In this document: positions 1 to 6,866 of the stretch, piece by piece | Numbering within the stretch: position 1 is the stretch's first letter | Layout: every line of letters starts with the position of its first letter | Virus record (IMG/VR): IMGVR_UViG_3300033143_001674 | Span: 1-24,669 of that record | Direction: 5' to 3' (one strand) | DNA: 24,669 nt | Source: a virus | Taxonomy: Duplodnaviria > Caudoviricetes | The notes under the pieces: model-generated | Told to the model about the DNA's origin: nothing | The model's input: the letters and a program-made list of their open reading frames with translations, nothing else | Database searches by the model: none | Program-made: the position numbers and the translations under genes

Positions 1-110
1 CGCCTCCATCTCGTACATGAAGTGTGCGAACTCGTGTAGGAATGTTGACAGATCCGCCGACTCCATCAAACGAATGACGCTGTTAGCGGGGTCGTAGTAC
101 CCCCGTGCTT
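1..110 (-). other. Zincin-like metallopeptidase (MPTase) domain start within the polyvalent protein
   Basis: Translation ARGYYDPANSVIRLMESADLSTFLHEFAHFMYEME with an intact HExxH at 22-36; the rest of the domain lies outside the window. Confidence 0.85.
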
Positions 111-3100
111 CCCCAGTATCAGGTTGCTTTTGTTTGAAACTTTTGGACGTACCAAATGTGTGGCCCGCGTCGGCCATCGACTTCCCATTCGAGAATACAT
201 CTATCGTCCGAATCTCAGCGGCGTTAAGCATGTTAGCCACGTTAGTCTCCGCGCCTACCATGTCGCCGGTATTGAGGATGGCCGCAGTCGCGTTGGTCTG
301 CTCCACCGCGCTAAGTACGTGGGCAAGCCTGCCACTGCGAAGCTCCGCACCATCTGCTGCGAAGTCGAACGGCAAGAAGCCGACGGGCCGGTGCCGATTG
401 TCTAGTAAAACAATACCGTGTTCGCCACCGGATATGTCCTCTACCACGGACGTTGCGGTTGCCGGGCTTGTGATCACCGGTGTGTCTTCTGGCGGGACGG
501 ACTCCAGCGTACGCTCCACCAGCTCTACTCTGTTCGTAACAGCAGGAACCTCCATCAGATCCGTCTTGCCGGCACCCTCGTGGGTGAAGTAGTCAGGGGT
601 GACCGCCATGATGCCGTGGTACTCGACCCCCGAGCCATCTAGTAAGTTTCTCAACTCACTTGACACGCCAAGGTCTGCGCCGCTCAGCTCAGTATTCCCC
701 GACGGGTGGTTGTGTGATAACCAGACGTTTGCAGCGCCCGGCACATTCACGGCCCACCCTGCAATCACCCCAAAATCAACCATCGCGGCATCTTTCTTGC
801 CCATAGTGTGATTCAGTATCTCAAGAGGTCTGCCACTTTCATCGGTGGCAATTACCCAAAGTTTCTCTTGCGCCGACTTGGTTAGCGTCGCAGTAGCCCT
901 CGCAACCTTGTCAGGACTATCAAGGGACTCAAACCCGGTGTCAATCTGTTTAACAACCTCACGACCCACGACCGACGCTTGGCGTTGTACGGTGGTGGCG
1001 GGCTGTAAGTCCCCTTGTGGGCTGATGTAATCCCCCTCGTCGTCAAGTGTGCTCCCACCTAAGTTCTCCTGTGCGTATACGTCGGGGTCGTTAGTGCTAA
1101 ACCCCCCTCGATTCTCCACTGATTTGATGTTGGTTTTACCGCTGTCAAAGATGTGAACGTGGGCTGTCCCGTCAACAATATTCATGGTAGAGAAGCGCTG
1201 CTCCGCGTTCCGCAGGATTATCGAGTCAAAACCCATCTCCTCGATAATTTCAGCAATCAATTGCGAGCCCATAAGCGCCCCTGTCTCGGGGTCTTCAGCG
1301 TAGCGTATTTCTTCATTACCACGGATTAACGCTTCAATGGTCTCAGGGGTGGCACTTTCACCGAGGTCATACACTTCACCGGCTAACTCTGACGCTGCAA
1401 CTCCATTGCGATCCGCAACCGTTTGGATCGCTTCGATCAACGGGTGCTCTTGTTCTTCCTGAATTTCCCATCGTACTTCATCAATCTGGCCTTCGTATTC
1501 TTCAAGGTTTTCACTCACCTCTTCGACTGTGGTGTCGTTATCCTCAGCAACACGGTCAATGGCTAACGACTGAACTTCGGCATCATCAACAAACTCAATC
1601 CACCCAGCGTCCTCCCCAATGACAAATGGGTTGTCCACTCGCACATACAGCCCCATCGTCTGATCTTGTCCACCCGATAACTCAGCCCTGGCCACCGCTT
1701 GAGCAATGTCACTAGCGTCTTCGAGGTATTGATCTACACCAGGCACATACTGCTCAGCGGCGGCGTCTAAACTTTCATTATCAATAACGTCTTGAATCTC
1801 ATCCTCAAGCTGTTCAGCGCGTCGGTCGATTCGACTAGTCAGGTCAGGGCCTTCTCCCGCGTAGTTATCATGAGCATCGGATTCTGAGCTGGTGAAATAG
1901 TTTATGGCGCCGAACTGTCCTTCGAGACTCCCCCTCTCTGCGTCAAACACGCTAAACTCGTGGGTAGTGCCGTGAAACACTTTAACAACGGTAGGGGTGT
2001 CCGCTTTGAACTCGTGGTCATTGATGTCATGCGACTCAACCACCTCTGCGTTGCCTGACCAGCTCCGAAACTCTTCAGTATCAGTTTGATCTTCAACCGG
2101 TGTTTGCGTGAACCGCTGATGGGGTTCACGATGGAATGATTCACTGATTTCGAAGTCTCTGTTTTTGCCTTTGTTCTCAACGAAACCAAATTGTTTATAG
2201 AAAGATTTCAGACGCGGAACTGACCCGCCAAAATCTTTACTTGGCGATAACGCCACTGTCTTGCCGTTCTGGTCAGCCCAGTCGATGACGCGCTGCATCA
2301 CCTGTGAACCCGTGCCTTGCCCGCGCTGTTCCTCAGGTATGATTATTTTACTCAGAGTTACGTTGTCGCCCTCGCCCATGATCGATAACTTCAGGCCGTC
2401 GAACTCCTCGGTCAATGAAGACTGGATTTCACGTGCCGTCAACTGGTGCGCGTCCTGCGTCAACACCTGCTCGCCTTCGAGTCGAGCATTTTCCCCTGTC
2501 TGTGGGCCTTCTACGGACAGCCCCGCGTCGGCATACACTTGTTGCACCGTTTTGCCACTACGCTTGGCCCGTGCAGTCGCCCACGCAGGCACCACCTGTG
2601 CCATGATTGACGCGTTAGCATCACTCACCGCGCCCGTGTCAACTAGCTGGTCACGCACCTTGGTGTAGATCTCCTGTGCTTCAACGTACTCAGATACATT
2701 CTCTTGGGCTTCGGCCATCAAGGTCTCAACATACGCTTCCGTCTCGACCCTATGCTGTTCTTGGTGGAATGGCGAAACGGCCTCCTCACTCATCGTCATG
2801 TGTTCGCGAAGCTCTGTGTGGGCATCAGTGCCCACGACATCCCCCATGAACTCATCCACCGGTATGGCGACATCTGCGCCGGTTGCGCGGGACTCTCCCA
2901 CCGCGACGCTAAGTGCTTTCAGCGCCGGATCTGCTTCGATCTCTTCTGGAGTTTTGCCCTGCAAATACAACGAAGTCTGCACACCGTCGATAAACACGTG
3001 GGTGTTGTTGTCCCCATCCGCTTCGCGCACAAACTGCTTGAACGACTCAACGTCATGTGCCCTCAGTTTCGACTTAGCCGCGTCCGCGCTCAGCTTGTCC

Positions 3101-4266
3101 AGATTGCGCTGTTCAGCCTCACCCTGCGTCTCTTTCACTTGCTCTGTCTGCGTGAGTTTGTTGATTGCCTTGTTCACTGTGGTTGCCGCCGTTATCTGCG
3201 TACCGCCCGCCACCACAGTGGCGATCGCGGTGACCGCTTGGCGACGTAGCTGAATGTTAATAATTTCTTCGGCAGATTGCGCGTTTTCGAGTTCTTTATC
3301 TAAGCCAAACATGTACGAGTTGACCGTCTGCAACGCAGTAGCGAGTTGTTCGGTGCCCATCTCCTGCACTACGAACTTCAACGCGTCTTTTTTCAAACCG
3401 GTACTTTTACCGGTAAGCACCCGCTCAATGGTGCCTGTAGGCAATAGTTCAGTGCCGACCTCAATGGCCGCGTCAATTCCGGCAAACCACCGCGCTTCCT
3501 CGGGGGTCAACCCTTCTGCGCGGCCTTCTGCGAACGAACCTGTGAACGTCTGCACACCTATCGCGGTGAGCAGTGGGTTTGGGTTCCGTGCGAGTACAGT
3601 CAGTACAAGCCCCGGCACCATGTTTGCGATGGACTCGACCCCTGCGCGGACACCTTCCTGTACGACGTTAAGGTCTTCGGGGGTCAACGTCTGGCGTTCT
3701 TTTTGCAGCTCTTGGATCTCACCGATTAGCCTTTCAGACGCTTCGCCTGTTGCTTTGGTGAATTGTTGCTCCAGTTCTTCGTCGGAAACATTGGCATTGG
3801 CCTTGCCCAACTGCTGCATCTTGAACTCTAGCCCCAGAGGGGACACGCTCATCGGTAGCCCTGATTCTAGCCGCAGTAACTCAAGCCCTTTGGCCTGCAT
3901 CTCGAACCCTGTAGCGATGGAGCCGCCCACCCCCTCGAAAGTCCGCTCGATACCCGCGAGCAGCCCACTGGTGACATCCTCCTGCGCGATGACCGAGTTG
4001 TTCATGTCAGTGGCGAGGAACTGTGAAGTTTTAGGGGAACGCTGCGCCATTCCTTCGAGGTCAATCTGGTCGAGCTTAAGCCTCTGCTCCACCCGTTCGG
4101 GGCCAGACTGCACCGCGAACGCGGGAACGCCTGACTGCTTGCTCAGGTCTAGGGTCTTCGCGTGTTGTGCGGGGTCAATCTTCACCGCCTCACTCATGTT
4201 GGCGCTTAGCGCGTCGTCGTTTACCCCAAAACTACCAAGGTCGATTTTTTCAAGATCTAATGCCAT
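1..4266 (-). CDS. Large polyvalent internal virion (ejection) protein, partial (>=1422 aa, 3' end outside window): LPD22-like + GNAT + ART-PolyVal + JAB/RadC + degenerate JAB + HExxH metallopeptidase
   Basis: Not in the ORF track. The ATG at 4266 overlaps the upstream TAA (TAATG), and I found no stop in this frame from 4266 to 1. Starts MALDLEKIDLGSFGVNDDALSANMSEAVKIDPAQHAK. Motifs: QRGQGTG (2308-2328), VFHGT (1966-1980), HNHPSG (697-714), HEFAH (22-36). It sits after the other internal virion genes, in the slot of the largest ejection protein. Confidence 0.93.
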   Translation of the reverse strand, partial: MALDLEKIDLGSFGVNDDALSANMSEAVKIDPAQHAKTLDLSKQSGVPAFAVQSGPERVEQRLKLDQIDLEGMAQRSPKTSQFLATDMNNSVIAQEDVTSGLLAGIERTFEGVGGSIATGFEMQAKGLELLRLESGLPMSVSPLGLEFKMQQLGKANANVSDEELEQQFTKATGEASERLIGEIQELQKERQTLTPEDLNVVQEGVRAGVESIANMVPGLVLTVLARNPNPLLTAIGVQTFTGSFAEGRAEGLTPEEARWFAGIDAAIEVGTELLPTGTIERVLTGKSTGLKKDALKFVVQEMGTEQLATALQTVNSYMFGLDKELENAQSAEEIINIQLRRQAVTAIATVVAGGTQITAATTVNKAINKLTQTEQVKETQGEAEQRNLDKLSADAAKSKLRAHDVESFKQFVREADGDNNTHVFIDGVQTSLYLQGKTPEEIEADPALKALSVAVGESRATGADVAIPVDEFMGDVVGTDAHTELREHMTMSEEAVSPFHQEQHRVETEAYVETLMAEAQENVSEYVEAQEIYTKVRDQLVDTGAVSDANASIMAQVVPAWATARAKRSGKTVQQVYADAGLSVEGPQTGENARLEGEQVLTQDAHQLTAREIQSSLTEEFDGLKLSIMGEGDNVTLSKIIIPEEQRGQGTGSQVMQRVIDWADQNGKTVALSPSKDFGGSVPRLKSFYKQFGFVENKGKNRDFEISESFHREPHQRFTQTPVEDQTDTEEFRSWSGNAEVVESHDINDHEFKADTPTVVKVFHGTTHEFSVFDAERGSLEGQFGAINYFTSSESDAHDNYAGEGPDLTSRIDRRAEQLEDEIQDVIDNESLDAAAEQYVPGVDQYLEDASDIAQAVARAELSGGQDQTMGLYVRVDNPFVIGEDAGWIEFVDDAEVQSLAIDRVAEDNDTTVEEVSENLEEYEGQIDEVRWEIQEEQEHPLIEAIQTVADRNGVAASELAGEVYDLGESATPETIEALIRGNEEIRYAEDPETGALMGSQLIAEIIEEMGFDSIILRNAEQRFSTMNIVDGTAHVHIFDSGKTNIKSVENRGGFSTNDPDVYAQENLGGSTLDDEGDYISPQGDLQPATTVQRQASVVGREVVKQIDTGFESLDSPDKVARATATLTKSAQEKLWVIATDESGRPLEILNHTMGKKDAAMVDFGVIAGWAVNVPGAANVWLSHNHPSGNTELSGADLGVSSELRNLLDGSGVEYHGIMAVTPDYFTHEGAGKTDLMEVPAVTNRVELVERTLESVPPEDTPVITSPATATSVVEDISGGEHGIVLLDNRHRPVGFLPFDFAADGAELRSGRLAHVLSAVEQTNATAAILNTGDMVGAETNVANMLNAAEIRTIDVFSNGKSMADAGHTFGTSKSFKQKQPDTGEARGYYDPANSVIRLMESADLSTFLHEFAHFMYEMEA
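600..930 (-). other. JAB/RadC-like domain within the polyvalent protein
   Basis: LDSPDKVA...AQEKLWVIATD...VWLSHNHPSGNTELSGAD: the E...HxHPSG-x4-S-x2-D signature of RadC-type JAB domains is complete. Confidence 0.88.
1070..2090 (-). other. ART-PolyVal-like ADP-ribosyltransferase domain with acidic insertions
   Basis: Ordered motifs TEEFRSWSGNAEVV, VFHGTTHEFSVFD, FGAINYFTSSESDAHDNY, MGLYVRVDNPF, GFDSII, IFDSGKTNIKSVENRGGFSTNDPDV match the pattern I recall for this family. Confidence 0.82.
2115..2420 (-). other. GNAT acetyltransferase domain within the polyvalent protein
   Basis: VTLSKIIIPEEQRGQGTGSQVMQRVIDWADQNGKTVAL (acetyl-CoA-binding motif A) and RLKSFYKQFGF (motif B). Confidence 0.88.
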
Positions 4267-5897
4267 TATTCCGCCGCCTGTCGTTGAGCTTTCGCAAGAT
4301 TGTCCGCCGTCACCGGAACACCGTTACTGCGCAGGAACTTACTCAAGGCCCTCAAGTCCGCTGGTGGTATGTCGGTGACGCTCAGTGTTGCATCGGGTAC
4401 TAGAAAGTCAACACCAAATGCACTGCGCCCAATGGTAACCTCTCGCGTCAGATCCGACAACACGTCAGTGAACTCTTCCGAGGTCAATGTCCCCCCTTTT
4501 TCACTCTCGCGGAACTTCACTTCGCCGTCTAGCAGGTCATAGAATGCGTTAGCTTGCTCGCGCTTCTCGTCACTCCACTTGGTCTTCTTGCCCAACACCT
4601 GCTCTACCGCCGAGGTGGTCTGCGAGCTGCGCGTACGACCTACTTGGTGGTCGATCCTGTCCGACGAGGAGCCAGTGCCCCCCGCGCTCTTGACGGCACT
4701 GATAAGCTTACTGCGTTCGCCCGGCGCGAGTTCGTGGAAATGCTCTGTCGGGTTGATTTTGGCTAACTGACCCTTGGGTAACGTCATCAACTCCGAGTAA
4801 GTGTTCCAGTCGGTGATGGTGGCCTTGCCTGCCGATATACTGCCTCGCTGCTTAGCGGTTAGCCGCTGCCAACCTTCGGGGTCTTCCGCTTGGTATGTTT
4901 CCGCTGAACCACCCTCGATGACGTGAGACTCCGCCCGTTCAAACGAGGCCGCCCGCGCCTCACTCTCACCCTGCTTCTTGAGGTTAAACTGGCGCATCGA
5001 CTCGGACATAGTTTTCTTACGAAGCTCAGGGTCTTTGATCTTGTTGACCTCACTACGAACTTCCTCACGACTGTCGTATCTGTCAACCAACTGATTGCCT
5101 GCGACAATGGCCTGTCGGGAGTCCTCCTGTAGTTTCTCCGCTTTGGCTTTGGCTACGATGCTTTTTTCAAGTTTAATCTTGTCGGGGCCTTCGAGTTGGC
5201 CGCCGTGTTTCTCAAACAGCGTGGCCCCTTCGCTGGCACTGCTGCCCACCGCCGCTGTAATCGCGTTTTTGATGAACGATGAGTCGTATGTTTGCAGCCG
5301 CTCGTTCGTTGCCTCAGCACCAATTCCCTCTAGCTCCGCTGAGTCAATGACCGCTTGTCGACCTAGCGCATTCTGTACAGCTAGGCGGTCAGGCTGATTC
5401 CAGTACAACGACGCGTTCTCGACTGTGTTCTCCACTTGTGACCTGATGGTGGCGACTTCCCACGCTTGCAACCCCTTGGATGAGTGCCTTGCGATGTCGG
5501 CCTGCGCCCTTGTGATGTGCGTGCCTGCCGACTTGTCAAACATGGACTTTGAGTTTTGGTTCAGGGCTTCACCATATTGCTTCTTCAGCTTATCCAGCGC
5601 CCCCGTCGTCGCCTCTGCACTATCAAAGGCATTCTTGCCCTGAGTATTGAAGTACCCGCTTTCTGGGTTAAAGAATAACTCGTTCTTGTCCCGCTCAAAC
5701 ATCACTAACGCTTCTTCAGCGGAAGTAGTGTCTATGCGCTGCTTAACCTGCACCCCTGCTTGTACCAGCGACTCGGCCCCCTGCGCGGCGCGTATGTTCG
5801 ACTGGAACACGGCACTGCCTGCCGACGCGTCTGCGCGGGGCTGGCGTGTTACCTCGGTGAGAACCTGTTGGCCCCCGTACTGCGCGACTTTTGGCAC
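4266..5897 (-). CDS. Internal virion (ejection) protein, 543 aa
   Basis: Helical Ala/Gln/Glu-rich protein starting MPKV, with a GYFNTQGKNA segment typical of epsilon15/BPP-1-like core proteins; lies between the small and the giant ejection genes. Confidence 0.75.
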   Translation of the reverse strand: MPKVAQYGGQQVLTEVTRQPRADASAGSAVFQSNIRAAQGAESLVQAGVQVKQRIDTTSAEEALVMFERDKNELFFNPESGYFNTQGKNAFDSAEATTGALDKLKKQYGEALNQNSKSMFDKSAGTHITRAQADIARHSSKGLQAWEVATIRSQVENTVENASLYWNQPDRLAVQNALGRQAVIDSAELEGIGAEATNERLQTYDSSFIKNAITAAVGSSASEGATLFEKHGGQLEGPDKIKLEKSIVAKAKAEKLQEDSRQAIVAGNQLVDRYDSREEVRSEVNKIKDPELRKKTMSESMRQFNLKKQGESEARAASFERAESHVIEGGSAETYQAEDPEGWQRLTAKQRGSISAGKATITDWNTYSELMTLPKGQLAKINPTEHFHELAPGERSKLISAVKSAGGTGSSSDRIDHQVGRTRSSQTTSAVEQVLGKKTKWSDEKREQANAFYDLLDGEVKFRESEKGGTLTSEEFTDVLSDLTREVTIGRSAFGVDFLVPDATLSVTDIPPADLRALSKFLRSNGVPVTADNLAKAQRQAAE

Positions 5898-6406
5898 TAG
5901 GTCACCCCTTGAGTGGCGGCGCTACTTGGCGTGAACCACTTGTCCGCAACCCCCGAACCCAGCGCTTTGCCCGCGCCAGCCAGTAGAGTGCCTACTGCGG
6001 CACTATTGCCTGCGGACTCCTCGAACTCACCCTGTTGCGTTGTCAACGCCGCGCCGGTATCCAACGCGCCTGCGCGACCTTCGAAGTTACTGCGGATGCG
6101 AAGCGCGTCTGCTTCGCCGAGTGTTTGGGTGTCTTCCTGTAGTTGGAGTGCGGAACCTGACGTGAGTTCGACCCCTGACGCGCCCAGTTGCGCCCGTTGC
6201 TTTGATAGCAGTTCCGCAGTTTTGCGGCGTTGCAGGTTCTCACGCTCTACCCCGACGTTGCGTGTCTGCTCGGCCTCGTTCTCTGCGACTCGTGCGTTGT
6301 AGTCGGCAACGCCTTTCCGGAATTTACCCTGCTGGCGCTGTTGATTCGCTTGGTAGCCTGCCGATACTACGGTGGTTATCACCGCAATTGTTGCTGGATC
6401 GCACAT
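5897..6406 (-). CDS. Small internal virion protein (T7 gp14-like), 169 aa
   Basis: MCDP start, hydrophobic N-terminus, QRAQLGASGVELTSGSAL motif, Gly/Ala-rich hydrophobic C-terminus; RBS GAGGGG; syntenic position. Confidence 0.8.
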   Translation of the reverse strand: MCDPATIAVITTVVSAGYQANQQRQQGKFRKGVADYNARVAENEAEQTRNVGVERENLQRRKTAELLSKQRAQLGASGVELTSGSALQLQEDTQTLGEADALRIRSNFEGRAGALDTGAALTTQQGEFEESAGNSAAVGTLLAGAGKALGSGVADKWFTPSSAATQGVT

Positions 6407-6866
6407 CTTGATACCCCTCTAAGTGAAATAGGTGGAACAGCTCACCCAGCGGGCCATGGGTCACAGGGCCTTCTACTGTGAACCCTAGCCATTTCAGCCA
6501 CCGGATGCTGCTAGTGTTCTTATTATGCACCATGTTACACAGGCGTGGGCATATAGTCAGCATCTCTGCGATAACAGGGGGCGTTTGTTTTAAGAGTTCT
6601 CTCTTGTGGTCGCGCACGGTATCCGCCCCTAGCATCCACAAGGTGCCTGTGCCTGTCAGTATGTCCCTCTTGACTAACCCGAACATCACGAGGGGTTCAC
6701 CGTCCCAGCACGCTACTGTCGCGAAGTCTGACACCCCCCACCCGTCCACCAACGACTCTAGGGGCGTGCGCATGCCGGATGCCCATACCTCCGCTGCGTC
6801 GGCGGGGCGCATGGCTGCCGCAAGGCGTTCTACCATCCACCTCTCCGGCTTCACAAACTCGATCAT
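6324..6866 (-). CDS. GNAT-fold virion assembly protein (T7 gp13/DUF2833-like), 180 aa
   Basis: MRPADAAEVWA, LWMLG and LCNMVHNKNTSSIRWLKWLGFT motifs; directly follows the nozzle gene as in T7-like and epsilon15-like phages. Confidence 0.85.
   Translation of the reverse strand: MIEFVKPERWMVERLAAAMRPADAAEVWASGMRTPLESLVDGWGVSDFATVACWDGEPLVMFGLVKRDILTGTGTLWMLGADTVRDHKRELLKQTPPVIAEMLTICPRLCNMVHNKNTSSIRWLKWLGFTVEGPVTHGPLGELFHLFHLEGYQDVRSSNNCGDNHRSIGRLPSESTAPAG

Noticed and set aside
124-4403. Plus-strand ORFs (e.g. 3254-4378, 374 aa) and the minus ORF 1902-2189
   Set aside because: Antisense or off-frame shadows of the polyvalent protein, with low-information translations and no motifs.
4266-5897. 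Lytic transglycosylase domain in the middle ejection protein
   Set aside because: No ES...A.GLMQ-type or other muralytic motif could be seen. Such a domain may lie in the unseen part of the giant protein.
6324-6406. 83-nt overlap of the GNAT gene with the next gene as a functional dual-coding region
   Set aside because: The recognisable GNAT ends near FHLFHLE. The tail looks like read-on after loss of a stop codon, with no evidence of function.
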